A stretch of 64,000 bases of DNA from Pseudolysinimonas sp. (GTDB taxonomy: Bacteria > Actinomycetota > Actinomycetes > Actinomycetales > Microbacteriaceae), in the NCBI RefSeq assembly GCF_051954455.1, contig NZ_JBQCHS010000024.1, positions 44,122-108,121 on the forward strand, written 5' to 3'. A program made the translations under genes and the position numbers. Of the stretch, positions 55,421-64,000 are shown piece after piece (the stretch's first letter is position 1; every line of letters begins with the position of its first letter). The notes beneath the pieces are model-generated. The model was not told the origin of the DNA. It did no database searches and saw nothing but the letters and a program-made list of their open reading frames with translations.

Positions 55421-56536
55421 ATGGCGATCAACCTCCTCCCGATGGCGAACCAGGACCTGCTGTGGCAGGTCATCCCGAGCGAGGCCGCGAAGTCGGCCGA
55501 GGAGCGCGCGGAGATCCTGAAGGCGCCCGGATTCGGCAAGCACTTCACCGACCACATGGTCGACCTGTGCTGGTCGGAGCGCGGCGGCTGGCACCGCCCC
55601 CGGGTCATGCCGTACGGGCCGATCTCGATCGAGCCGGCCGCGGCGGTGCTGCACTACGCGCAGGAGGTGTTCGAGGGCCTGAAGGCCTACCGCCACGCGG
55701 ACGGATCGATCTGGACCTTCCGCCCCGAGCAGAACGCCGCCCGCATGCAGCGCTCGGCCCGCCGTCTCGCGATGCCGGAGCTGCCGACCGAGTACTTCAT
55801 CGACTCCCTCAAGCGGCTCATCGCCGTCGACGGCGCTTGGGTTCCGTCGGAGCCGGAGACTTCGCTCTACCTGCGCCCCTTCATGTGGGCGAAGGAGGCG
55901 TTCCTCGGCGTGCGCGCGGCGAAGAAGATCAACTACAACCTCATCGCGTCGCCGGCGGGTGCGTATTTCACGTCGGGCCCCGAGCCGCTGTCGATCTGGC
56001 TCTCCACCACCTGGACCCGCGCGGGTCACGGCGGCCTCGGAGCGGCGAAGACGGGCGGCAACTACGCCGCGTCGCTGCTGCCGCAGGAGGAGGCGTACGA
56101 GAACGGGTGCCAGCAGGTGCTGTTCCTCGACGCGCAGGAGGGCAAGTACCTCGAGGAGCTCGGCGGCATGAACGTCGTGCTCGTCACGAAGGACAAAAAG
56201 CTCATCACGCCGGACTCCGACTCCATCCTCGAGGGGATCACCCTCGACACGATCCTGCGGCTAGCCGCCGATCGCGGCTACGCGATCGAGCAGCGCAAGG
56301 TCTCGATCGACGAGTGGCGCACGGGCGTGGAGTCGGGCGAGATCGTCGAGGCGTTCGCGTGCGGCACCGCGGCGGTGATCACGCCCATCGGCGAGATCAA
56401 GAGCCCCGACTTCGGCATCTGGATGAAGGAGCCCGAGGGCGAGCGCGTCTCGATGCAGCTCCGCGCGGAGCTCCTCGACATCCAGTACGGCCGCGCCGAG
56501 GACCGCCACGGCTGGCTGGTGCGCCTCGACGCGTAA
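55421..56536 (+). CDS. ilvE: Branched-chain amino acid aminotransferase
   Basis: FGKHFTDHMV...LHYAQEVFEGLKAYR...LYLRPF...AKTGGNYAASLL...EGITLDT...ACGTAAVITPIG. Confidence 0.93.
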   Translation: MAINLLPMANQDLLWQVIPSEAAKSAEERAEILKAPGFGKHFTDHMVDLCWSERGGWHRPRVMPYGPISIEPAAAVLHYAQEVFEGLKAYRHADGSIWTFRPEQNAARMQRSARRLAMPELPTEYFIDSLKRLIAVDGAWVPSEPETSLYLRPFMWAKEAFLGVRAAKKINYNLIASPAGAYFTSGPEPLSIWLSTTWTRAGHGGLGAAKTGGNYAASLLPQEEAYENGCQQVLFLDAQEGKYLEELGGMNVVLVTKDKKLITPDSDSILEGITLDTILRLAADRGYAIEQRKVSIDEWRTGVESGEIVEAFACGTAAVITPIGEIKSPDFGIWMKEPEGERVSMQLRAELLDIQYGRAEDRHGWLVRLDA

Positions 56537-56659
56537 CCGCTCCGCTCCTTGCGAGCGGTCACCCTGGCACGGTCCTCCCCAGCTCGCACCGTTCCGGGTT
56601 GACCGCTGATCGGGTGACCCGGCGCACGGCGACGGCGACGCCACGTCGATAGTCGACGG

Positions 56660-57553
56660 ATGACCGGCCGCGTCGAACTCCCCGGGGAGCTCCCGGAGGC
56701 GTTCACCGTGCCGGAGGCGCGGGCGGCAGGCGTGTCGCGCGGGCGGCTCCGGGCGGGAGACCTCCGTCGGCCGTTCCGCGGCGGTCGGTCCCTCGTCGAT
56801 GACCGCCTCACGGCGCTCCTGCCGCTGATGCGCGACGATCATGCCTTCGCCGGTCCGACGGCGGCGCGGCTCCACCGACTCCCCATCCCGAGGCGATGGG
56901 AACGGGATGATCGGGTGCACGTCGTGGCACTGACCGATCGGAGGATGCGGCGCCCCGGTGTGGTCGGAACGCGATCGGTCGTGGTCGGCGTCACCCGGGT
57001 GCGGGGGCTCCCGGTGCTCGATCCGGTGAGCACCTGGGTCTCGCTGAGCACGATGCTCGAAACCGACGAGCTCGTGGCGGTCGCCGACCGCATCGTGACG
57101 GGGGACCGCGACTCCGTCGCGACGGCGACCCTCGACGACCTGCGATCCGCTGTCGATCGCGTTGGTCGTCGTCGTGGCGTCGTCGGGCTCCACACCGCGT
57201 TGCCGTGGGTCCGCGTCGGAGCGTGGTCGCCGGCCGAGACGGCACTCCGGCTGCTGATCGTGCGTGCCGGACTCCCGGAGCCGGAACTGAACGCCGTCGT
57301 GCCGCTCGCCGACGGTGGAGTCGTCCGCCCGGATCTGTCCTGGGCGAGTCGGCGTGTCGCCGTCGAGTACGACGGCTCGGCCTTCCACGGGCGCGACCGA
57401 TGGGATCGCGACGCCGCCCGGCATGAGCGGCTGGTCGACGCCGGGTGGCTCGTGGTCCGGGTCCGAGCCGACGACCTGTACCGGCATCCGGACCGTCTCG
57501 TGGCCCGCCTCCACGTCCGCCTCGCCAGTCGAGCGGTCACTCCGGCACGGTGA
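56660..57553 (+). CDS. AbiEi-N-like / DUF559 (Vsr-like endonuclease fold) domain protein
   Basis: The N-terminus (FTVPEARAAGVSRGRLRAGDLRRPFRG) and the C-terminus (RPDLSWASRRVAVEYDGSAFHGRDRWDRDAARHERLVDAGWLVVRV) match the very common actinobacterial DUF559 architecture. Confidence 0.62.
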   Translation: MTGRVELPGELPEAFTVPEARAAGVSRGRLRAGDLRRPFRGGRSLVDDRLTALLPLMRDDHAFAGPTAARLHRLPIPRRWERDDRVHVVALTDRRMRRPGVVGTRSVVVGVTRVRGLPVLDPVSTWVSLSTMLETDELVAVADRIVTGDRDSVATATLDDLRSAVDRVGRRRGVVGLHTALPWVRVGAWSPAETALRLLIVRAGLPEPELNAVVPLADGGVVRPDLSWASRRVAVEYDGSAFHGRDRWDRDAARHERLVDAGWLVVRVRADDLYRHPDRLVARLHVRLASRAVTPAR

Positions 57554-57611
57554 CGAGGCCGCCGGACCGTGCGGGAGTGACCGCTCGAGTGAGGAGGGGA
57601 GAGGAACCGGG

Positions 57612-58223
57612 TCAGGGCGCGATGCGGCGCGCGAAGGACGCGATCGCGGCGGCGGCCGCGTCGAGGTTCTCGGCGAGGGTGCGGCCCGAGGCCGCGCGGG
57701 GGCGGAGGCCGTGGTCGCCGTCGGGCGCCCACGAGATCGTGATCGCGGGGGAGAGCGCGTAGCCCGCGACCTCGGCGGAGGTGCCCATCGGATCCCGCTC
57801 GCCCTGGCAGATGAGCGCGGGCGTCGCGAGCGTCTCGAGGTGCGCCGTGCGGGGCTGCTCGAGCCGGCCAGGCGGGTGGAACGGGTAGCCGAGGCAGACG
57901 AGCCCCCGCACCCCGAGGGAGTCGGCGACCATCGACGCGACCCGCCCGCCGTACGACTTGCCGCCGACGAGCGGCGGCCGACCGGCCTCCTCCCACGCGG
58001 CGCGGTACTCGTCGAGCACCCGGTCGGCCCGCGGCACGGGCGGGCGCCGACCGTCACGCCGGGCGGCCATGTACGCGAACTCGAACCGCAGGACCCGCAC
58101 CCCCGCGCCGGCGAGCCGGGCGGTCGTGTCATCCATCCAGCCGGAGTCCATCGGGGCTCCCGCGCCGTGCGCGAGCAGCAGGGTCGGGCCGTCGTCGGGG
58201 CCGTCGACGAGGAAGCGAGTCAT
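57612..58223 (-). CDS. Alpha/beta-fold hydrolase (KANL3/Tex30-like, dienelactone-hydrolase-like)
   Basis: LLLAHGAGAPMDS...VGGKSYGGRVAS (nucleophile elbow)...QGERDPMG...DGDHGL. Confidence 0.72.
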   Translation of the reverse strand: MTRFLVDGPDDGPTLLLAHGAGAPMDSGWMDDTTARLAGAGVRVLRFEFAYMAARRDGRRPPVPRADRVLDEYRAAWEEAGRPPLVGGKSYGGRVASMVADSLGVRGLVCLGYPFHPPGRLEQPRTAHLETLATPALICQGERDPMGTSAEVAGYALSPAITISWAPDGDHGLRPRAASGRTLAENLDAAAAAIASFARRIAP

Positions 58224-58246
58224 GCCCTCAACGGTAGGCTCGACGG

Positions 58247-59023
58247 GTGAAGGTCGCGCGTTTCGCCGTCGACGGCGAGGACCCCCGGTACGGCATCGTG
58301 GACGACGACGAGCTCGTCGTCCTGCAGAGCGACCCGATCTTCGCCGGCTTCGCGACGACGGGGGAGCGCGTGCCGCTCGCCGACGCCCGCCTCCTCGCCC
58401 CGGTCATCCCGCGATCCAAGGTCGTGTGCGTCGGCCTGAACTACGCCGAGCACCGCGCCGACATGGCCGGCGTCGACGCCCCCGAGAACCCGCTGATCTT
58501 CCTGAAGCCCAACACCGCGGTCGTCGGGCCGGGGGACGTCATCCGGATCCCGCCGGTCGAGGGCCGCATCACGCACGAGGGCGAGCTGGTGGTCGTCATC
58601 GGCCGGATCGCCAAGCAGGTGAAGGCCGAGAACTGGGCCGACTACGTCTTCGGCTACACGATCGGCAACGACGTGAGCGCCCGCGACCAGATGTTCGCCG
58701 ACGGCCAGTGGGCGCGCGCGAAGGGCTACGACACCTTCGCCCCGATCGGCCCGTGGATCGAGACCGAGCTCGACCCCGACGACCTCGAGATCCAGACCTA
58801 CGTCGACGGCGAACCGCGCCGGCACGGCAACACGAAGGATCTCATCCACAAGATCCCGGAGCTGATCGCGTACATCTCCGACGTGTGGACCCTGCTGCCG
58901 GGCGACATCATCATGACCGGCACCCCGTCCGGGCTCGGCGGCTTCGTCGACGGACAGACCGTCGACATCGACATCGCGGGCATCGGACGGCTCAGCAACC
59001 CCGCCCGCAACCGCGACGCCTGA
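58247..59023 (+). CDS. Fumarylacetoacetate hydrolase (FAH) family protein
   Basis: KVVCVGLNYAEH...IFLKP...EGELVVVIG...GYTIGNDVSARD...GDIIMTGTPSG. Confidence 0.88.
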   Translation: MKVARFAVDGEDPRYGIVDDDELVVLQSDPIFAGFATTGERVPLADARLLAPVIPRSKVVCVGLNYAEHRADMAGVDAPENPLIFLKPNTAVVGPGDVIRIPPVEGRITHEGELVVVIGRIAKQVKAENWADYVFGYTIGNDVSARDQMFADGQWARAKGYDTFAPIGPWIETELDPDDLEIQTYVDGEPRRHGNTKDLIHKIPELIAYISDVWTLLPGDIIMTGTPSGLGGFVDGQTVDIDIAGIGRLSNPARNRDA

Positions 59024-59030
59024 GCGCGGC

Positions 59031-60050
59031 GTGAGCACCCGTCTGGCCTGGGGGCCCGGAGTCCTGCTCGCGGCCGTCGGCGCCGCCCTCGGCTGGGTCG
59101 TGCACGCGGTCGCGCCCGTGGTCCCGTGGCTCACCGCGTCGCTCGTCCTCGGCGTCGTCGTCGGATGCATCCCGCCGCTCCGCCGGCTGCTGGACGGGGT
59201 GTTCCGGCCCGGTCTCGCGGTCGCCTCGCGCCGGCTGCTGCGGATCGGCATCGTGGTGCTCGGCCTGCAGCTGAGCCTTCTCGACATCGCCCGCCTCGGC
59301 TGGATCGCGGTGATCGTCATCGTCGTGCTCGTCGCGGTCGGATTCGGCGTGGTCTACCTGCTCGGGCGCGCCTTCCGGCTGCCCGGCGACGAACCGGTGC
59401 TGCTCGCCGCCGGATTCTCGATCTGCGGCGTCTCGGCCGTCGGCGCGATGAGCGCGGCCCGCCGCTCGGACCCGGAGGACGGCGGCGCGCCCGTCGCGAT
59501 GGTGACGCTCTTCGGCACGGCGGCGATCGCCGTGCTGCCGGCGCTCGCCGTGCCGCTCGGCCTCGGGCAGGGGCGCATCTACGGGGACTGGGTGGGGGCG
59601 AGCATCCACGACGTCGGCCAGGTGGTGGCGACCGCCGGCTCGGCCGGGGCCGCCGCGCTCGCCGCGGCCGTCGTGGTCAAGCTCACCCGCGTGCTCATGC
59701 TCGCGCCGATGGTCGCGATCGCCTCCGTCGCGACCCGTCGCCGGATGCGTGCCGCGGGGGAGGACGTGCGCGGCCCCCTGCCGCCCGTCGTGCCGCTGTT
59801 CATCATCGGGTTCGTCGTCGCGGTCCTGATCCGCACGTTCGCCGGCGGCGCACTCCCGCCGGTGGTGTGGGACATCGCCGGCACTGTGCAGTCGGCCCTC
59901 CTCGCGACGGCGCTGTTCGGGATCGGCGCCTCCCTCCGCCTGGAGCGCCTGATCCGCAGCGGCTGGCGCGCCCTCGTGACCGGCGCGATCGGCTGGATCG
60001 TGATCCTCGGCCTCGCGCTGCTCGTGCCGCTCGCCGTCTCGCTGGCGTAG
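59031..60050 (+). CDS. YeiH/UPF0324-family membrane protein (putative sulfate exporter family)
   Basis: About ten TM segments. RIGIVVLGLQLSL...AAGFSICGVSAV is characteristic of the family. Confidence 0.75.
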   Translation: MSTRLAWGPGVLLAAVGAALGWVVHAVAPVVPWLTASLVLGVVVGCIPPLRRLLDGVFRPGLAVASRRLLRIGIVVLGLQLSLLDIARLGWIAVIVIVVLVAVGFGVVYLLGRAFRLPGDEPVLLAAGFSICGVSAVGAMSAARRSDPEDGGAPVAMVTLFGTAAIAVLPALAVPLGLGQGRIYGDWVGASIHDVGQVVATAGSAGAAALAAAVVVKLTRVLMLAPMVAIASVATRRRMRAAGEDVRGPLPPVVPLFIIGFVVAVLIRTFAGGALPPVVWDIAGTVQSALLATALFGIGASLRLERLIRSGWRALVTGAIGWIVILGLALLVPLAVSLA

Positions 60051-60060
60051 GACGGCCGCC

Positions 60061-60915
60061 GTGGTCGCGGTCCTCGGGCTCGTCAGCGCCGTGATCTTCG
60101 GCGCCTCCGACTTCTTCGGCGGGCTGGCCGCGCGGCGCATGTCGCCGCTGCTCGCCAGCGCCGTCGGCGGGGTGGTGTCGGTGACGGGAGCCGCGATCGC
60201 CGTCGCGATCGAGCAGCCGGTCTGGACGGTGCCCGACGTGCTCCTGTCGATCGGCGCCGGCATCCTCGGCGGCATCGGCACGTGGACCTTCTACGCCGGG
60301 CTCGCGATCGGCCCGATGAGCATCGTCTCGCCCGGCGTCGCCATGATCTACGCCGTCGTGCCGGCGATCGCCGGCATCGCGCTCGGCGAGCGGTTCTCGC
60401 CCCTCGGCTACGTCGCGCTCGTCGTCGTGGTGGGCGCCGCGCTGCTGCTCGCGGTGCCGCGGCAGCGCGACGGCGGCCGCCTGACGACGCGGGCGATCGT
60501 GCTCGGTACGGTCGCCGGGCTGTCGTACGGCGGCTACCTCATCCTCCTCGACCGCACGAGCACCCGGTCAGGTCTCATGCCGTTGCTCGTCGAGCTGAGC
60601 GCGGGGTTCGTGATCTTCGTCGGTGCGCTCGCGCTCAACCGGCTCCGCCGCGGTCCCGCCGAGCTCGCCGCACTCCGCGACCGTCGCGTCGTCGGGCAGG
60701 CGCTCCTCGGAGGCCTCTTCCTCGTGGTCGCCAACATCCTGCTCGTGATCGGGCTTCACCTCGGCGACCTCGCCGTGATGGGCGTGCTGAACTCGCTCTA
60801 CCCGCTCGGCACGATCCTGCTCGCGCTCGCCGTGCTGCGCGAGCGGCTCGGGAGGCTGCAGATCGCGGGCGTCGTGCTCGCGTTGGCCGCGTCGGTGGTG
60901 CTCGCCGTCTCCTAG
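60061..60915 (+). CDS. DMT/EamA-like transporter
   Basis: GTG start, ten hydrophobic helices, SAVIFGASDFFGG at the N-terminus. Confidence 0.7.
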   Translation: MVAVLGLVSAVIFGASDFFGGLAARRMSPLLASAVGGVVSVTGAAIAVAIEQPVWTVPDVLLSIGAGILGGIGTWTFYAGLAIGPMSIVSPGVAMIYAVVPAIAGIALGERFSPLGYVALVVVVGAALLLAVPRQRDGGRLTTRAIVLGTVAGLSYGGYLILLDRTSTRSGLMPLLVELSAGFVIFVGALALNRLRRGPAELAALRDRRVVGQALLGGLFLVVANILLVIGLHLGDLAVMGVLNSLYPLGTILLALAVLRERLGRLQIAGVVLALAASVVLAVS

Positions 60916-60937
60916 CGGGGAGCGGGTGGCCGGCGCC

Positions 60938-62299
60938 CTACGGCGCGAGCGCTCCGGTGGTCGCCCCCTCCTCGGTGTCGAGGGCGATGTCGCGGGTCTC
61001 GCGCACGAAGAGCAGCGCGATGAAGGTGAGCACCGCGGCGCCCGAGAGATACAGCCCGACGAGCAGGATGTTCCCGTCCGCCTGCCACAGGAACGCCGCC
61101 GCGATGAACGGGGCGAGCGAGGCGCCGAGGATCGACGAGACGTTGTAGGAGATGCCCGACCCCGTGTAGCGCGTGCGGGTCGGGAACAGCTCCGGCAGGA
61201 GCGCCCCCATCGGCCCGAACGTCATGCCCATGAGAGCGAGCCCCACCGCGAGGAAGAGCGCGGTCAGCACGGGGGAGCCGGCGGTCTGGGCGAACCAGAG
61301 CTGGAACGTCAGCCCGAACAGGATGATGAGCGCCGTCGTCACGAGCAGCACGCGGCGGCGCCCGAAGCGGTCGGAGAGCCGGCCGGCGATCGGCGTGAAG
61401 ACGCCGAAGAACACCACGCCGACGAGCAGCAGGAGCAGGAACGTGTTCTTGTCGTACCCGAGGCCGTGCTTGGGGGAGGTCGGGTTCGGCGAGGTGCCGT
61501 AGTTCAGCGTGAACGTCGTCATGAAGTAGAAGAGGACGTACGTCGCGAGCATGATGAAGACGCCGAGGATGAGCTCCCGCCAGTTCGAGCGCAGCACCGC
61601 GCCGAGCGGCACGCGGACGATGGTCCCGCGCTCGCGCGCCGCCTGGAACACCGGCGCCTCGACGAGCCGCAGCCGCACGTAGAGGCCGACGGCGACGAGC
61701 ACCGCGCTCAGCAGGAACGGGATCCGCCACGCCCAGGTCGCGAAGGCGTCGGCCGGGAGCGCGAGCCCGAGGATCAGGAACAGCCCGTTGGCGAGCAGGA
61801 AGCCGATCGGCGCCCCGAGCTGCGGCGTCGAGCCGAAGAAGCCGCGCCGCCGCTCCGGCGCGTTCTCGGTCGCGAGGAGCGCCGCCCCGCTCCACTCGCC
61901 GCCGAGCCCGATGCCCTGCCCGAACCGCATGACCGCGAGGAGCGCGGGCGCCGCGATCCCGGCGGTCGCGTAGGTCGGCAGCACGCCGATGAGGAAGGTG
62001 GAGATGCCCATCGTGAGCAGCGACGCGACGAGCGTCGTCTTCCGCCCCACGCGATCCCCGAAGTGCCCGAACAGGATCGAGCCGATCGGGCGGGCGAAGA
62101 AGGCGAGGGCGAACGTGACGAGCGAGGAGAGCGTGGCGGCCGCCGGATCCTCCGACGGGAAGAAGAGCGCCGGGAACACGGCCACCGCGGCCGTCGCGTA
62201 GACGTAGAAGTCGTAGAACTCGATCGACGTGCCGATGAGGCTGGCGATCACGACCCGGGATCGCGGATTGACGGGGGCGGTCGCGGCGGCGCTGCTCAT
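60938..62299 (-). CDS. MFS transporter, metabolite:H+ symporter (MHS) family
   Basis: [16 protein letters not shown]...[19 protein letters not shown]...[13 protein letters not shown] is the MHS signature pattern. Confidence 0.85.
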   Translation of the reverse strand: MSSAAATAPVNPRSRVVIASLIGTSIEFYDFYVYATAAVAVFPALFFPSEDPAAATLSSLVTFALAFFARPIGSILFGHFGDRVGRKTTLVASLLTMGISTFLIGVLPTYATAGIAAPALLAVMRFGQGIGLGGEWSGAALLATENAPERRRGFFGSTPQLGAPIGFLLANGLFLILGLALPADAFATWAWRIPFLLSAVLVAVGLYVRLRLVEAPVFQAARERGTIVRVPLGAVLRSNWRELILGVFIMLATYVLFYFMTTFTLNYGTSPNPTSPKHGLGYDKNTFLLLLLVGVVFFGVFTPIAGRLSDRFGRRRVLLVTTALIILFGLTFQLWFAQTAGSPVLTALFLAVGLALMGMTFGPMGALLPELFPTRTRYTGSGISYNVSSILGASLAPFIAAAFLWQADGNILLVGLYLSGAAVLTFIALLFVRETRDIALDTEEGATTGALAP

Positions 62300-62336
62300 C
62301 GGACCACACTATTCCCGCTCCGATACCCTCGGAGTC

Positions 62337-63872
62337 GTGCCCGAGCTCCCCGTCACGACCGCCGCCGGATCCGACATCCGGGTGCGCTTCTGCCCCTCGC
62401 CGACCGGCACGCCGCACGTCGGCATGGTGCGGACGGCCCTGTTCAACTGGGCGTACGCGCGCCACACCGGCGGCACGTTCGTGTTCCGGATCGAGGACAC
62501 GGATGCCGAGCGCGACTCCGAGGAGAGCTACCTGCAGCTGCTCGACGCGCTGCGCTGGCTCGGCCTCGACTGGGATGAGGGCCCCGAGGTCGGCGGCCCG
62601 CACGCGCCCTACCGCCAGTCGCAGCGCGGGCACATCTACCAGGACGTCATTGCGCGTCTGCGCGAGGCCGGTCACCTCTACGAGAGCTACGTCACGCCCG
62701 AGGAGATGGAGGCCCGCAACCGCGCAGCCGGCCGCGACCCGCGCCAGGGCTACGACAACCACGAGCGCGACCTGACCGACGAGCAGCGCGCCGCCTACCG
62801 CGCCGAGGGCCGGCAGCCGTCGCTGCGGCTGCGGGTACCCGACGTCGACCTGAGCTTCGAGGACCACATCCGCGGCCACGTGACGTTCGCCGCCGGGAGC
62901 TTCCCCGACTTCGTCCTCGTGCGCCCGAACGGTGCCCCGCTCTACACGCTCACCAACCCGGTCGACGACGCGCTCATGGGCATCACCGACGTGATCCGCG
63001 GGGAGGACATCCTCTCGTCGACCCCGCGCCAGATCGCCCTCTACCTCGCGCTCATCGACATCGGCGTGACCACCTTCGTGCCGCGGTTCGGCCACATGCC
63101 GCTCGTGCTGGGGGAGGGCTCCAAGAAGCTGTCGAAGCGCGACCCGGAGTCGAACCTGTTCCACCACCGCGAGCGCGGCTTCATCCCCGAGGGACTGCTC
63201 AACTATCTGGCGCTCCTCGGCTGGTCGATCGCGGCCGACCGCGACGTGTTCAGCCGCGAGGAGCTCGTCGCGGCGTTCGACATCCGCGATGTCAACGGCA
63301 ACCCGGCCCGGTTCGACCAGAAGAAGGCCGACGCGATCGACGGCGACCACATCCGCATGCTGGAGCCCGACGACTTCGCGCGACGGATCGTTCCGTACCT
63401 CGAGGGCCTCGTCGCCGATCCGCCGACCGCGGAGCAGGAGGCGATCCTCCGCGAGGCGGCGCCGCTCGTCCAGGAGCGCATCACCGTGCTCGGCGAGGCG
63501 CGCGGGATGCTCGCGTTCCTCTTCACTCCCGGCGACGCGATCGAGTACGCCGACGACGCTCTGCCCAAGCCGAAGGACCGCGACCAGGCGCAGCTCGTGC
63601 TCGACGCCGCCGTCGCCGCGCTCGAGCAGCTGGACGACTTCTCCGCCGCCGCGACCGAGGCGGCCCTCCGCGCCGCGCTGACGACCCCGGTCGAGGAGGG
63701 CGGCGCCGGCCTCAACCCGCGCATCGCGTTCGGGCCGCTCCGCACCGCGCTCAGCGGCCGCCGGATCAGCCCGCCGCTGTTCGAGTCGATGGAGATCCTC
63801 GACAAGGAGGAGACGCTCGCGCGCCTCGACCGCTACCGCGCGTTCCTGCAGCGCTGGGTGCCCGAGGCCTGA
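62337..63872 (+). CDS. gltX: Glutamate--tRNA ligase
   Basis: GTG at 62337. [23 protein letters not shown] (HIGH-type motif), RIEDTD, and KLSKRD (KMSKS-type motif). Confidence 0.93.
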   Translation: MPELPVTTAAGSDIRVRFCPSPTGTPHVGMVRTALFNWAYARHTGGTFVFRIEDTDAERDSEESYLQLLDALRWLGLDWDEGPEVGGPHAPYRQSQRGHIYQDVIARLREAGHLYESYVTPEEMEARNRAAGRDPRQGYDNHERDLTDEQRAAYRAEGRQPSLRLRVPDVDLSFEDHIRGHVTFAAGSFPDFVLVRPNGAPLYTLTNPVDDALMGITDVIRGEDILSSTPRQIALYLALIDIGVTTFVPRFGHMPLVLGEGSKKLSKRDPESNLFHHRERGFIPEGLLNYLALLGWSIAADRDVFSREELVAAFDIRDVNGNPARFDQKKADAIDGDHIRMLEPDDFARRIVPYLEGLVADPPTAEQEAILREAAPLVQERITVLGEARGMLAFLFTPGDAIEYADDALPKPKDRDQAQLVLDAAVAALEQLDDFSAAATEAALRAALTTPVEEGGAGLNPRIAFGPLRTALSGRRISPPLFESMEILDKEETLARLDRYRAFLQRWVPEA

Positions 63873-63945
63873 CCCCGCGCACGGCGGGAGCAGGCCTCTC
63901 CGTACGGTAGAGTCGTTCCTCGGTCCGGTCGCCCGGATCGCACCG

Positions 63946-64000
63946 TGGGGTATGGTGTAATTGGCAACACGGCTGATTCTGGTTCAGTTGTTCTTGGTTC
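63946..64000 (+). tRNA. tRNA-Gln (anticodon CTG), 3' end cut by the window edge
   Basis: Acceptor tggggta, D arm gtgt-aattggca-acac, anticodon arm gctga-ttCTGgt-tcagt, and the start of the T arm (cttgg ttc). The position after gltX is the usual actinobacterial arrangement. Confidence 0.85.

Overview
Very GC-rich actinobacterial chromosome segment with strong GC3 bias. Gene content and synteny look like Micrococcales/Microbacteriaceae, but I cannot verify that without a database search. I call about 65 protein genes, two tRNAs (tRNA-Lys-CTT; a 3'-truncated tRNA-Gln-CTG at the window edge) and a few hairpin terminators and palindromes.

Layout:
- (1) 1-9.5 kb: secA 3' end, an APC permease, a conserved actinobacterial block (Rv3235-like, HTH, SAF/CpaB-like, CpaE/TadZ-like ATPase), a PdtaS-like histidine kinase, whiB1-like and bcp.
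- (2) 9.6-12.8 kb: metY-like sulfhydrylase, an LLM monooxygenase and an FMN reductase.
- (3) 13.4-22.8 kb: sugar-phosphate isomerase, fructosamine kinase, otsA-otsB and ilvD-ilvB-ilvN-ilvC.
- (4) 22.9-52.2 kb: a roughly 29 kb block between ilvC and serA, dominated by a purine-catabolism supercluster. It holds a formamidase-family amidase, an AtzH-amidase fusion, pucG-like, allC, mocA-like, uraD, uraH, guanine deaminase, uricase, allantoinase, 8-oxoguanine deaminase, xdhC, and a xanthine dehydrogenase with fused FeS-Mo subunit plus FAD subunit.
- (5) 52.2-64 kb: serA, leuB, ilvE, several transporters, gltX and tRNA-Gln.

I see no IS elements, integrases, CRISPR arrays or recognisable defence genes.

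The best candidate for something undescribed is a 12-gene, translationally coupled minus-strand operon (43372 to 32022). It welds uricase, allantoinase and guanine deaminase to an uncharacterised ABC importer plus six enzymes: CodA-like, SDR, FAD oxidase, creatininase-family, PNPOx-like and a Cys-motif MetF-like protein. It appears to be controlled by a divergent XRE-cupin regulator whose HTH domain has no canonical start codon.

Other points worth a second look:
- a formamidase plus AtzH-amidase pair coupled to pucG/allC, a possible oxalurate/oxamate branch;
- a localized rare-codon patch inside ilvD;
- a G-tract tandem repeat in the ilvD leader;
- two genes whose homology extends upstream of any ATG/GTG/TTG;
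- extremely short divergent intergenic regions.

All functional calls come from reading the translated ORFs by eye. No searches were run.
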